Source of the DNA: Octopus bimaculoides
Lineage: Eukaryota
Length of the DNA stretch: 64,000 bases
Direction: 5' to 3'
NCBI RefSeq assembly: GCF_001194135.2
Contig: NC_069000.1
Span: 10,370,825-10,434,824, forward strand
Positions 38,105-52,269 of this stretch are shown piece by piece (position 1 is the first letter of the stretch; each line of letters starts with the position of its first letter). The position numbers were made by a program, and so were the translations under genes. The notes beneath the pieces were generated by a model. It ran no database searches, had not been told where the DNA came from, and was given only the letters and a program-made list of their open reading frames with translations.

Positions 38105-40159
38105 ATCCGAACAATTTCAAGGAAACCTTTAAGCAATTAGTGGAAAAACCGTGACCCAGGTTTTTTCTGAATGGCTCCACCTAACCAAAACATTATATAT
38201 ACAGAGAGAAAGAGGGAGAAGTGTGACCTTTCTGACGATGTGTCATACCTCATGTGGCCCACATCTCGAAAAATGGTTGTTCCATGCTTGCATTACTTGC
38301 TAGAAATAGCAAGCAAATCTTCAAATCATACTCCGGGATCTCTTTAAAGAGAACACATTTGCTTTATTGTAATCCAAGATACAGTGTTTGAAAACAAAAG
38401 ACTAGATGGTCAGGTCGTATAGCCTTTGATCACAGGTCTGTTCAATCAGAGTCCAACCACAACCAAAAAGGCATCCATGCAAGTTAAATAGCAACAGCAA
38501 ATGGGGGCCGCCCAAACCTGCTAGAAATAGCAGCCAAATTTTCCTCAAATTCCCTACCGTCTTGAATAACAACTGTTTCAAACAATCTACAGATTCTGGC
38601 ATACAAATGAATTTGGTGGTCACAGTTGGAACGCCTTTGAACATACGTCTGTCGTTGGGTTGGAGTAAGGTGAGAACTAAACTATAACACAAATAAACAC
38701 TACCAAATGAGAATGTACTGAAGTCGTTGGTTCTTAGGTAAACAATTATAGAAACGACTGGTTGATGCTAACGGTAATTGGCAAAATAAGACAATGGTTA
38801 GAGATGATAACGATAAGAGATAGCAACGCTAAAACAATAACTAAGACAAGAACAACAACAGCAATAATAATAACAACAAAAAGTTGGAGCGAATAACCAA
38901 TTGTTTTTGTTTCTAATAATAAACGAATGCAATGAAAAGACAATGCTTTAATGCGAATGAGCTTCGCAATAACAACAATGAAAATTGCAAAACAGCAAAC
39001 GAAAATATGGTTACAATATAATAAATGGAAAAAAAAATAATATAATAATTATAATAATAATAATAATAAAACGTCTCAAAACGTCCCGAATGACGAGTTC
39101 AATCATGATGTGACTGCATAATAGAATTTACAACAAGAATAGGTAACGAGAGAGAGGGGGGGGGAGAACACAGATAGTTAAAGAATTGCAATTACAATTA
39201 TCGATCTTTGTAAAATGTCGGTCAAGCTAATGTCAATTATGTGCATAATAATAATAATGACGATGATGATGACGATTTTTTTTTTATTATTAGCCACAGG
39301 GGCATGGATGAAGGGGACCTCACAAGGACAGGCAACAATGTGGGGGGGGGGGTTACATGGAAGATGGAGAGAAAGATATGAAAAAGACAGTGAAATGTGA
39401 TAAGAGTATACATGGTAAACAAAGTATGTGATAAGATGAATTATGCAGTCCTCCTGATAAAGGAGAAGCTTCAATTAGGGCCAATCACGGAGCCCCACAG
39501 ATCCAAGATAACCCTACCACAAAAGGTACGAGCCCTCTCTCCTTCTCTCCAATCTACAGGAACGTAATTTAGAGTAGGGCCCATTCACTCTAGAATTTTG
39601 GCATGACGTTGAGAATTTTGAAGGAAGGGGTTACTGGTTCATCCGAAAGGACGAAAGGTATAGTCGACCTCGGCGCAGTTTGAACTTAGAACGTAAAGAA
39701 CCAGAAGATATCGCTAAGCTTTTCGTCCGACTCGTCGACGATTCTGCCAGTTTACCTTATTAATCACAATAATTCTTTCTACTATAGGTACAAAACCTGA
39801 AGTGGGGGCTAGGCAATTACATCGATCCAGTGCTCAACTGGATCTTATTGCAATGAACACCACCACCCTCTCACCCCCAAAAGGATAACGGGTAAAGTCG
39901 GCCTCGACAGAATTTGAACTAAAAACGCAATGACGGACGAAAGGCTGCTAAATAACGTAATGAAATACTGCTCTGCTCAATGGAGAAGCCAAATTTTAAA
40001 AAATGAGAAGCAAAAGATTTAATATTTAAATAACATGCAAATAATATGTAGCCTTTTATAAGCAGTTTAAAAGTAGAATAATTCTTTAGGCCGGAGTTTT
40101 CGTGAAGGTCATGTCAAGCCAGACAGTAACACACACACACACACACACACATACATACA

Positions 40160-40407
40160 TACAGGGGCAGATGCAAAAGCAGGTATATAGTATCACATCA
40201 TTGTTATAATACTCAATTCATTAAAATCACTAGCACATTAAATTAGTTAGCCTCATTTTTGATATTTTCAGTGTCATTAATCATAATGCATTTATCATTA
40301 CTACAATAATACTTTAATCCTAACATTTTTTTAAAATAAAAAAATAAATGAGTATTGTACGTGTTTTCTCTATTCATAACTGTATAACCTACTTTTGCAC
40401 CACCCTG
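40160..40407. mobile_element. Tc1/mariner-type MITE
   Basis: Left end tacaggggcagatgcaaaagcaggtatatagt resembles the reverse complement of the right end actgtataacctacttttgcaccaccctg. Confidence 0.6.
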
Positions 40408-41736
40408 AGAGACAGAGAAGACAGACGTTTTTGAAATGGCTATTACTCAGCCCCAGAGGTAGGGACATATGTCCGACAGGTACCGTTCGGTCCGTGGTGT
40501 CTTAGCATTTTTTCTTTCTTTTCAGGTGAAGCCAAGGCGATGTGGACGATAGAGCATCGCGTGTTTGCCTACGACAGTTACGTAAAGTATAACGAGTCTG
40601 TCACGGCAGTTCACCTTGAGCTTCGGCACCATTTCAACATTCACCGAAATCAGGCTGTTCCCACCCGTAAACAATCGTACGTTGGGTGAATGCACCTCGT
40701 ACACGAGGTACACTCATGAATAGGAGACAGGTGGTGGCGCCACGAAGAGTACGGGCCCAGGGAAATGTGTGGAACGCGTCAGACAAGCTTTGATATGGAG
40801 TCCGAGTCGCTCTGCTCAGTGACATTCCATTGAACTAGGCATCGGTAATTGATCTGTAAGGCGTATTTTCCATGAAGACCTGCATTTCCACCCGTACAAA
40901 TTGGTCATTGGGCAACAGTTGAAATCATGGGACTATGCACAGCAGCTTAACTTTGCATGTCAGATGGAAGAAATCTTTGAGGCAAATGACGACCTCATTT
41001 TGTTAATGAGTGATGAAGCTCATTTTCATCTCAGTGGCATGGTGAATCAACGAAACTGCCGTTATGGGGCTCTTGAAAATCTGAGAGAACTACACGAAAG
41101 ACCATTGCACAGCCCAAAAGTGACGGTCTGGTGTGCTGTTGGAAAAGCTATCGCCATTGGTCTTTACTCTTTTGAAGACAATAATGGAGATGCTTTTTAC
41201 TGTGAACTTCGAGCGTTACATCGAGATAAGCAACAATTCTGTGCCTGAATTACGATGAAAACGTATGCCTATTCGACGTGTGTAGTTTCAGCAGGATGGG
41301 GCGAAACCAGAGCATCAATAGACGTTCTTCGCCCTCCTTCTGATATAAGAAAGGACGGCCTCATTTCCAGGTTTGCTGACATTCCTTGGTCCCCCTCGGT
41401 CCCTTGATTTGTCTGTGTGATTATTTCTTGTGGGGTAACCTCAGGGCACGTGTGTATGCGGATAAGCCCCGTACATTGGACGATTTGAAGGAAGCTATTC
41501 GCGTGGAAGTCGCCCAAATCGACAGAGCAATGCTGGAGAGAGTGGAAGCCAAGTTCCAAGAACACCTTCAGAAATGCATCAATGAAAATGGACACCAAAT
41601 GATGGATGTTGTTTTCCACACCTGATTTTGACAAATGCTAAGCCAATACGAACACATTGATGTCAATAAAATTTGTTTGCAGCTAAAATTGATGATTTTG
41701 TGAATATTTCAAAAACGTTCTCTCTGCCTCACCCTG
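40408..41736 (+). mobile_element. Near-complete Tc1/mariner superfamily transposon, rosa (DD41D)-like
   Basis: Left gagacagagaagacagacgtttttgaaat corresponds to the reverse complement of right atttcaaaaacgttctctctgcctcaccctg. The ends enclose the transposase pseudogene. Confidence 0.75.
40540..41625 (+). pseudogene. DDD transposase pseudogene (rosa/Crmar2-like)
   Basis: Fragments MWTIEHRVFAYDSY..., FHPYKL, MSDEAHFHLSGMVNQRNCRY, PLHSPKVTVWC, FQQDGA, WSPRSLDL, DYFLWG and a VFHT* end. Several stops and frameshifts. Confidence 0.9.
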
Positions 41737-43833
41737 CATGTGTGTGTGTATATATATATATATATNNNNNNNNNNNNNNNNNNNNNNNNNNNNNNNNNNN
41801 NNNNNNNNNNNNNNNNNNNNNNNNNNNNNNNNNNNNNNNNNNNNNNNNNNNNNNNNNNNNNNNNNNNNNNNNNNNNNNNNNNNNNNNNNNNNNNNTATAT
41901 ATATACCTTCTACTATAGGCACAAGGCCTGAAATTTGGGGGAAGGGAGTTAAGTCGATTACATCGACCCAGTGTTCAACTGGTATTTATTTTATCGACCC
42001 CGAAATCACTTCTACAGTTTTTGTTTACCAAATTAACACTTGTCCAAGGTGCCGCGCAGTGGGACTGAACCCGAAATCACGTGGTTGGCTGCAAAGCGAA
42101 CTTCTTAACCATACAGCCATGCATTCTAACTTGTTACGTCACGCTGTGTGGGCAGTAACAATACCAATCAGATAACATAGACGAAAATAGAAACTGTTTT
42201 AACTCTCACAGTGATAAAGAAAAGCTAAAGAAAAGAGAAAACATGGACTACAAAATGAGCAGCCAACAACGCAAGAAACTGCAGAAGATTCTAGAGAAAA
42301 TCAGTTACATCCTTTGGAAAATTCTGTCCATAAGAGAACACATACCAAGTCCTATATACAATTACACAACAGACATTCAAGAATTAGTTTGCACAAACTC
42401 ATTAGATATATATACAGTGAGAAATAACCAAAACTTAAGATAGATTATAATACAACATGACAGGAGAATATGGTTATGAGCTTGCTTCGAAGCCGACCAG
42501 CCACAAGCCATTTTAATTATTCATTTGGCGGCGGCGACCATGTTTATGTAAACGAAATTTTTGTTCTTCTTCAAGGCTGGGTTGCGTATGGTACTAAATT
42601 TTGATTCGTTTCTTTTATCTTTTACTTGTTTCAGTCACAGGAATGCGGCCATGCTGGGGCACCGGCTTGAAGGGTTTTGGTCGGACAAACCGACGACCAC
42701 AGTACTTAATTATTTTCATTAAAATAATTTAGGATCTTTTTTAAAACGGGGNNNNNNNNNNNNNNNNNNNNNNNNNNNNNNNNNNNNNNNNNNNNNNNNN
42801 NNNNNNNNNNNNNNNNNNNNNNNNNNNNNNNNNNNNNNNNNNNNNNNNNNNNNNNNNNNNNNNNNNNNNNNNNNNNNNNNNNNNNNNNNNNNNNNNNNNN
42901 NNNNNNNNNNNNNNNNNNNNNNNNNNNNNNNNNNNNNNNNNNNNNNNNNNNNNNNNNNNNNNNNNNNNNNNNNNNNNNNNNNNNNNNNNNNNNNNNNNNN
43001 NNNNNNNNNNNNNNNNNNNNNNNNNNNNNNNNNNNNNNNNNNNNNNNNNNNNNNNNNNNNNNNNNNNNNNNNNNNNNNNNNNNNNNNNNNNNNNNNNNNN
43101 NNNNNNNNNNNNNNNNNNNNNNNNNNNNNNNNNNNNNNNNNNNNNNNNNNNNNNNNNNNNNNNNNNNNNNNNNNNNNNNNNNNNNNNNNNNNNNNNNNNN
43201 NNNNNNNNNNNNNNNNNNNNNNNNNNNNNNNNNNNNNNNNNNNNNNNNNNNNNNNNNNNNNNNNNNNNNNNNNNNNNNNNNNNNNNNNNNNNNNNNNNNN
43301 NNNNNNNNNNNNNNNNNNNNNNNNNNNNNNNNNNNNNNNNNNNNNNNNNNNNNNNNNNNNNNNNNNNNNNNNNNNNNNNNNNNNNNNNNNNNNNNNNNNN
43401 NNNNNNNNNNNNNNNNNNNNNNNNNNNNNNNNNNNNNNNNNNNNNNNNNNNNNNNNNNNNNNNNNNNNNNNNNNNNNNNNNNNNNNNNNNNNNNNNNNNN
43501 NNNNNNNNNNNNNNNNNNNNNNNNNNNNNNNNNNNNNNNNNNNNNNNNNNNNNNNNNNNNNNNNNNNNNNNNNNNNNNNNNNNNNNNNNNNNNNNNNNNN
43601 NNNNNNNNNNNNNNNNNNNNNNNNNNNNNNNNNNNNNNNNNNNNNNNNNNNNNNNNNNNNNNNNNNNNNNNNNNNNNNNNNNNNNNNNNNNNNNNNNNNN
43701 NNNNNNNNNNNNNNNNNNNNNNNNNNNNNNNNNNNNNNNNNNNNNNNCTAGAAGAAAACGGATAATACTGGTAAGTCGTTCAGTTATTTCCCTTGAATAT
43801 TTTTTTTTTATCCCCCTAAACTTGAAGATTACC

Positions 43834-43869
<36 letters not shown>

Positions 43870-43871
43870 TA

Positions 43872-43900
43872 CTAGCTGGTGTACCCGGTAATTCCTGGGG
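43872..43900 (-). mobile_element. Possible Helitron 3' terminus
   Basis: The minus strand reads ccccaggaattaccggg (imperfect hairpin), tacaccag, then CTAG followed by T. Confidence 0.35.
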
Positions 43901-44311
43901 ACAAAGATGTTCTATTGAAACGCCTTATTACTCTGATATAAGAAAGCAATTTCGTTATAACTGACACAAAAGGTGTATTTTCCGTCACGAAAAAGTACAA
44001 AAAACTGTCAGCTGGAGGAGGGAGAGATTGTTGGAGGTTGATGAGAAAGATAATAATTAATAAGGCAACAAGCTTCCACTATCTTCAAGTTATAGTTCTC
44101 CGAGGAGTTGTACATCGACATATTCCATCAGAAAGAATACATTCTTTGAAGACAATGCTTAATAATAAAAAAAAATTCAATCAAAAATAAATATCTCAAA
44201 TATCGATTACTCTACTTCTTTTGTACTTTCTTGACCCAGGAAAGAAGAAAGACCAAGTCGACCTTGGCGGAATGTGAACTTATATTAAAAATTATTTTAA
44301 AAAAATAATAG

Positions 44312-44458
44312 TTTCCGTCTACCAAATCCATTCACAAGGCTTTGGTCGGCCCGAGGCTATAGTAGAAGAAACTTGCCCAAGCTGCCATGCAGTGGGACTG
44401 AACCCGGAAGTATGTGGTTGGTAAGCAAGCTACTTACCACACAGCCACTCTTACGCCT
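44312..44458 (-). mobile_element. SINE family A, 5' half, young
   Basis: tttccgtctaccaaatccattcacaaggctttggtcggcccgaggctatagtagaag...gggactgaacccggaa...taccacacagccactc. Confidence 0.9.
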
Positions 44459-45904
44459 TATACATAGATATATACAAGATCTACACAGATATAAGAGCTA
44501 GAATTTGTGATCTGCCCGCGGACCTTTTTCTTAGGAAATTTTTGCCCGCCGCACTAAAAATTTCCCTACCCCTGATTTAGCACATTCAGAGATGCAGCGC
44601 TTTAGTTAACTAGTTTCGGCATATTGCCTCGTCAGTTCAAAAACTGCTGGGTTCGGTAACACATTTTTCACTCTTCTATAAAAGATAAGCTTAAGTACTT
44701 TACTCGACTCCGTTGAATACCGACCCGACAGAATTTTAACTCCGTTGCTTCAATCAAACGGAATCAAAATAATTAACACAAATATTAGTGATCGATGCAA
44801 CGATGTAATTAATATTAATGAGCCCACTGCTGCTATATTAACCAATATAATTAAAAATAATGACCACTGTAACGATAACACTCAATATAATTAACGATTA
44901 TGACCAATGTACAAAATCTATCGTAAATTTATACAATAACTTATTTTAATACACCACTTTCGACAGAATACCTCTCAGCATATTACAAAGTCGCATACAA
45001 ATATATATATATATATGAACAAAGATACATATATACACACATATATATATATGTGTGTGTGTGTTATATTAAAAATGGGGAAAGCCGGTTTATGGGATTA
45101 CCTTAGGTTTCCCGTCCATAAAGGGTTTAGCTTTATGGCGAATCGTCACATCCCCAAAACCTGTCGTCACTTTTAATATCTACTTTTCAAAGCTTACATA
45201 AGTTATACGAGATTCGTTCAGGGAGATATTTTATGTCCGGATACTCTCCCTGTCATCAACTTATCAGTTTTTTTGTTGTTTTTTTTACCCCGCAAGGGAG
45301 GGAATATTTCCTATAATCCTTTGGACGTGAAAAGCACAAAAGCCGGATATGTTTTTCGCGGATGAGACTGCAAATGAACGTCACGTTTTGAATGTCAGGC
45401 GACACTTGTTTATGCTAACCACAGGATGTCAAGACAAAGATGAATTAACACAGAACTTGAAGACACGGAAACGCGTGTGTGTGTAAGGATATATATATAT
45501 AAATATACACCCCCATACAGAAGCATACATACCTCCATATCGATATATGTGTATGTATGTATGTATGTATGTATTATATATATATATATATGTGTGTGTG
45601 TATGTACGTATATATATAAGAATAAGATCATTATTTAAAATACCGATCATATCAAGTGGTCAGCATGGGAATAAAAACCTTATAGGTAATAATTATGATT
45701 AAAATTATAATTAAGGATATCTAAAAAATATCGCCATGCTAGGGATTATCCAATAATTTTTTGCTAGTTTATTTGTCTATTTGTCTTTTCTCCTGGTGCT
45801 GTATGAATACTTGATGTGGCTTTAGTGTCAAGTTTTGACTGCTATCTCTAGCTTGGTGGTATCTTTCAGATACCCTTAATTATAATTTTAATATATATAT
45901 ATAC

Positions 45905-46270
45905 TTTTATTTCCTTCAGTCATTTGACTGCGGCCATGCTGGAGCACCGCCTTTTAGTCGAACAAATCGACCCCAGGACTTATTCTTTATAATCCTAGTA
46001 CTTATTCTATCGGTCTATTTTGCCGAACCGCTAAGTAACGGGGGGCGTAAACACATCCACGTCGGTTGTCAAGCGATAGTTGGGGAACAAACACACACAC
46101 ATATATATACACGACGGGTTTCTTTCAGTTTCCGTCTACCAAATCCCCTCACAAGGCTTTGGTTGGAGCGAGGCTATAGTAGAAGACACTTGCCCAAGGT
46201 GTCACACAGTAGGACAGAACCCGAAACCATATGGTTGGGAAGCAAGCTTCTTATCACAGCCACACCTGTG
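45905..46270 (-). mobile_element. SINE family A, near full length (about 365 bp)
   Basis: Complete order of tRNA-like head, ccttgggcaagtgtctt core, (TG)n, body, and cagcatggccgcagtcaaatgactgaa tail. Confidence 0.9.
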
Positions 46271-49200
46271 TAAGATGTAATGGTGTCACTCCATTTGAAG
46301 TTGTAGTTAAGGCTTAACTTGTACTCTCTTATGTGGGCAGACTCTGTAACTTGCCATAATAACACAGTATCAATGCTATAAGTAAATAAGACATCTTAGC
46401 TATGTCTATCTATGAAGCCATTATGGCTGTCTCATGAAAGCTGGTCAATGACCCTGAAATCGTTTGATAATACTACAAGATGTTTCTACTATACACGATT
46501 CAGGGTGATCTGCAGATACTGCTTCCAGGCATCATCTTATACAGTACACAGTTTCTGACAGTTGATGTGGGTTTGAAGTACATACCATGCAGTTATTTTG
46601 ATAAATGTCTTTGCCAAAATAAGACTTACAGATAACAAATTTAATGGATCTACCTGTCTTTTCAACACAGGCATCACTATGTGGTTGATAGTTTCATTTC
46701 CCAATCACGCAGTTTTGGATTCAGTTCCACTTGGTCAAATGCCCTCTCTACAGCCCTGGGGTGGGTCAAAGTCTTATTGAGTGCATTTGATAGGCAAAAA
46801 TGTGAAAGAAGCCTATTGTGTGGCGTGTATGTATCCTTACATTTAATTCAACATAATAATTTTTTTAAATGAATTAAGATGATTACACTTATTTAGAAGA
46901 ACTTAAATGCTTCCCTAAGTACTGATTAATAATTGCACCCTAATATAATAGGTTGGGTCTACCTTCCAGATCCAGCATACTTATACTTATCAGAGATATT
47001 GTATTTCATCAAGATACTTTTACTTTATTTTCTAATTATGGTTGCTATTATATTTATTACTTCAATTATTACAGTCATTACTGTTATTATTATCATTAAA
47101 ATTTTAAAACTCTACAAGTGGATTTGATAATTTTTTAAAATTATTTTCAATTACTTTTCTATTTATTTTGATTAATTTTACTCTTACTTTTATTTCTAAT
47201 TAATTTGAATTTTAATTTCTTTTTTACCTTAGGTTATCTTTAACCATATTGCAATTATCTTAAATTTTAAACTTTAAATATTTATTCCTTTAAGAAAAAC
47301 AATCTCTTCTAAATAGAACAAATTACCAGAGTAAATAACATACTGATTAATTCCTAGAGCATTCTCGCTAACGAACATGTCTTCCACCTAAATCCTACAT
47401 ATAAAATTGATACTGATGAAATAACATTCCAGTGTGTCCTAAATAATGCCTTAGAAACAACTTTAGCTATGTATTTGTTGAGGTCAACAACAGTTTTAAA
47501 ACAGTAGGGATTTTTGCTGCATCGAATTACAATACTAATTTAACCATACAATTCTGAAGGAGATCTGCTGGTACATGAACCAACCACATGTTCTGGCCGA
47601 ATATTGTTAAGTTTGCTACTATCTCCCTTAAAATATTCTCTGTTCTCTCTTCCAAACAATGCGATGAAGTTTTGAGGAAAACACATTGGTGTTAATTTCT
47701 TGATCTCTGTAGAACTTTTAGATGTCTAATATAGATTGATCAATATGCATGATTAATAAATCAGAATTATGTAATACCCATGTATCCGAAACGTAAGAGT
47801 CTAATTTTTCATTCATTTGTGCCATTCTACTATACCTTATATATCTTAAATTGAATTTATTCATTGTATGAACTTTGGACTACTAATTGGATAGACAACA
47901 GAATGTAAATTTATGGAATTTGTGGATTACAATGACTTTTACAGGTCAATTTGGTGAGCCTAGTTTGACTCCTACCAGGTGTTTAAAAATTATTCACCTG
48001 AATTTCAAATCCATTCTTCATCACACACACATATTTGTGTGTATGACTGTGTATTTCTTCACATTTGAAATTACAAACACAAAACGGGAGCAGATGTTGT
48101 CACTTCCTGCCAACAATACCTACAAGGATTTTCATGGTTTCTAAACCACGTGAAATGATTTCTTACATGAAAAGCAAGTAAGGGTTAGTGTCTGGAAGGG
48201 TATCTGGCTGTAAAATAATAAATACCCCACATGTTTGTCCAACCCAAGCAAGCACGGAAAAACAGGTGTAAAACAAATATGTGAAAAAATGAAATGTGCA
48301 AGCATAGCTGTATGAATTTGGTAGATGGAAACTGAAAGAAGCTTGTTGAAGATACATTTACATATATTTCAAATACACACACACACACATATATATATAC
48401 ATATCATAAATGTGTGTGTCCTTGACATGTGATAATTGCAAACAAGTATCACTTTCATACAAGTGATGTTTGCTTCCAGTCCTCCATGAAAACCATGTCT
48501 GGTTATGGGAAAATATTACCCCACTTGAAAACTGGTGAGGGTCTGCGACAGAAAACCTGCATTAACAAATTCCATCTGGCCCCTAGAAGCATGGAAACGA
48601 GTATCACTGTCATACAAGCAGTGTCGTTCACTTCCAATATTCTGCGAAAATAAGTCAAGCAATGGGAAAATCATACATTGCTTGGAAATAGGTGATGGTC
48701 TCCAAGCAAGGTAATATTCCCCACTGGCCAAAAATGATTTGGCAGAATATTGGAAATGAATGACATTCATTTACAACAGTCATGTAATATCAGGACAAAA
48801 ACACAAACACACATGCAGGAAGGGCATTTTACCATAGAAAATCTACCACAATAATCTGTCCTATTCATGCAAACATGGCACAGTGGATGTTAAAACAATG
48901 ATATGGGTGTGGGTGTGTGTGTGTGTGTATTTGAAGAGATTTTTTTCTCAAAGAGTTAAGATTGAGAAAAGAACCTTTTTAGAAAGTCGAAAGGAAGGGA
49001 GATTAGCACCAATACTTGATGGTTTACTTTAAGATTTGAACTTGAATGCAGAGTGCCACTGCAAATATCATGAGACATAGCATCCAAATCTCTAACAATT
49101 CATTTGGTACAGTACAAATTTATTCTTCTCTAAGGAGAATAGCATTGACAGTGACCTCAAAATTTCAACCAGCTAAGCCATCATCAGATATGATTTAATG

Positions 49201-49543
49201 TACACACATACATGTATATATATTAATTTATTTAGATTGAATTTAATTTTGCTTCTCATGTTTCACACCACAGCAATCTGAGAAGTTACAACTTCGTTAT
49301 GGCTGTTCATTTATATCTACTCAAGTGGGTGTGGTCTCTTGTTAGTTGCTACGTTCTCTGCTTTGTTTCTCTTGGTTGCTTTTTATCATCTGTCTCTTCA
49401 TTAACTGTTTTCGTCGTTTGCTTTCACTTGTTGGGTAACTAATGTTTACTTTCATTAAATTCGTTGGTTAGGGTTCCTTTAAAATACTTGTAGTTTCGCT
49501 TATCTCATCATGTTATTCATTTACTGAATATCTCATTAAAGGC

Positions 49544-49759
49544 TCACTTAATTGTGAAGGATCTATGTTGTGTTTGTTTGTTTTGGTCAAGTTTGTTTCT
49601 GAAAAAGTTTTGCATTTCATTAGGATTCACAGTAGAGTGATTTTTGATTGGTTGCTTCCTCTTTGTATTTCTATGTTCTTTTATGTGTGTCCCAATTTTG
49701 TTTTGGCCAAGATTAAAAGATTTCATGAACTGTTTGTGGGTGTAGATTTTGTATTTCAT
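49544..49759 (-). pseudogene. Decayed Penelope-like GIY-YIG endonuclease fragment
   Basis: KYKIYTHKQFMKSFNLGQNKIGTHIKEH resembles the VYKIxCxxC-YIGQT-RIKEH pattern. The flanking 49300-50150 has the same strand-biased composition. Confidence 0.45.
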
Positions 49760-50729
49760 GAGATCCAGTGTATCAATTACCTACGGTAGGGTAATTATTC
49801 AGGCTTGTCTTTACGTGGTGTATTTTAAAGATTAATGTAGGTCAAATGTTCTTGTGGCCATCAACGTTTCTTTTTTCTTCCAATGTGTTGAAACTTGCTT
49901 CTTTGGTGACTGTTTTATCCTTGTTTGGAGTGCAGACAGTTTATTAAAGATGAATTTGTTTTAGTGAATACAGTGAGAAATAATCTCTTGTTTAGTGTAA
50001 TCATGTTTAATTTATCAGTGACGCACAGTGAGCGTGCTCTGGAACTATCTTTGTGTACAAGAGTGTACAGATTATTAATTACCACATAACACTTATTGCA
50101 AGATAAATATTCAGAACAAATAAACCACATAACTTTCACACATTAAATACTCACTTCCTTGTTTGTTCAATAAGTACATTTTTTCTGCATGCATCAGTGA
50201 GTGCATGAATTTACATATATAAATATATACAAGCACACACACACACTCATACGGCTGAGTGGATTAAGACATGTTTTGTAACCGTATGGTTTTAGATTCT
50301 ATACCAGTGTGACATCTTGGGCAAGTGTTTTCTACAATACCCTCACATTAATAATGCATTCTGGATGAAATGTGGCAGAGATAAAGTGTATGTGCATGTA
50401 TTTGTCTGTGTCTCTTCACAATGACAACACTTGAGCAACAGTGATGTTTGTCATGTCCTGTAAAAATAGAGTCTCTCAGTTCTTTGTGCTATAAAGTATC
50501 TTACTTGAAAATAGATAAAGGCTTGTGACAGGAAAGGCATCTAAGATAGAAGACTACCTCAAGAAAAACTCTCCAATCCATTCCAGCACAGACAAAAAAT
50601 GTAATAAATGTATGTATGTGTGTGTCTATGTATATATATAACTGTGCTCGCTACATATTCTGATTGAGTATTCCGTATGTTATCACGTACCTCCTTATGA
50701 CAATGTAAACTTCATTTAATCAAGCTGTC

Positions 50730-50819
50730 CCTGGCCTGAAGAGTAGCCAGCGGTATACACCGCGCTCGGATATTTACCACTTCCGAGCTCCTCCTCACTA
50801 GGAAACATATGTAGCCCGG
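50730..50819 (+). ncRNA. Hammerhead-ribozyme-like motif, type I, palindromic stem III and branched loop II
   Basis: Stem I CCTGGC/GCCCGG (5/6 pairs), CTGAAGA 50736-50742, GAAA 50802-50805, palindrome ACATATGT, GUA triplet 50811-50813. Stem II has a G-G mismatch at its first pair. Confidence 0.5.
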
Positions 50820-51894
50820 ATTTTATCTACTCCATTCCTTAACTCTTGTGTTTTTATTCACATTCCTGGCAACCTTGGCTGCCTACTGTGAAAAATAAAA
50901 CAAATTTTTTCCGCTTTTCATTTGATACAAAGAAAAAAATCCACAACCTTCCCCCTCATTAAACCACTATTGTTCCTGAAAGTTGCTTCTTGAAGCTAAC
51001 TTTCTTCCTACACCTCGATTCTTGGATCTTACATTTATATATATAAATTGTTGGTGGTGTCACCATATTCACTATGCAACCATAATATACTACTAAGTAT
51101 ATTAAAAGCTTATAAGTAAATACTGTGCCCCCACTGGTGTTACCAATGCAATTACATCATGTTTTGAAGTTACTTCTACCGCAATGAAAGTTACAATATT
51201 TTTCTATTTTTGATCACATTGTTTACTTAGATGTATTCGTATACGAAACATTAAAACTTTCAATGCTGGCTCTAATTTCAATAAAAAGTCTGTAGAAATA
51301 ACTTTAAAAAGTGATGTATATACATATACATACATGCGTATGTGGTTAACAATTTCACTTCACAACTACGGTTGCTGGTTTCGTCCCACTTTGCTGCATC
51401 TTGGACAAGTGTCTTCTGCTGTGAGGCCAAACTGACCACAGCCTTGTGAATGAACTGATTGTCATGTACGTACATGTACATATAATGGGCTTCTTTTCGT
51501 TTACATGTATGTCTGTATTCGTGTCTCCTTGTTCTATGTCACCACCACTGTACAAATGATGTTGTTCATTTGCAGTTTTCCATGTAAACAATTCCAGTCC
51601 CTTGTACAAGGGATTTAAAGGAGACACTAGTTTACTTGGAAACCAGTGAGAAGTGATGAAAGGAAGAACATCAGGCTGTGGAAAATCTGCCTTAACCAAT
51701 TTCGTTTGACCCATGCAAGCATGAAAAAAATGGACATTAAAATCATTAAGACAATTATATATTCTCATTATTTAACAGCCACTTTTTCTGGGTTGTATGG
51801 GCCAGATGGAATTTGTTAAGGCAGATTTTCTACAGCTGGTTACCCTTCCTGTTGCCAAACAAGGTTTTTATATATATATATATATATATATATC

Positions 51895-52090
51895 ATCATC
51901 ATCATCGCTTAACGTCCACTTTCCATGCTAGCATGGGTTGGACGATTTGACTGAGGACTGGCGAACCAGATGGCTATGCCAGGATCCAATCTGATTTGGC
52001 AGAGTTTCTACAGTTGGATGCCCTTCCTAACGCCATATATCATCATCATCGTTTAACGTCTGCTTTCCATGCTAGCATGGGTTGGATGAG
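51895..52090 (-). mobile_element. Family C repeat followed by a second truncated family C tail
   Basis: catcatcatcgcttaacgtccactttccatgctagcatgggttggacg... and again catcatcatcgtttaacgtctgctttccatgctagcatgggttgga. Confidence 0.85.
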
Positions 52091-52123
<33 letters not shown>

Positions 52124-52269
52124 AATAATAAGGTACTCAGATATGTATGTATGTATATATATATATATCCACCTGCACATTCATTTCAGTGTTCTAACTT
52201 GTTAACAAGAGGAATTAAATACTAAAAACATATAATGTATACTGCATATTCAAGCTCAAATCTTTTTCG

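Noticed and set aside
42243-42443. 66-aa lysine-rich ORF behind an acceptor-like site
   Set aside because: A-rich composition typical of LINE debris, with no domain recognised.
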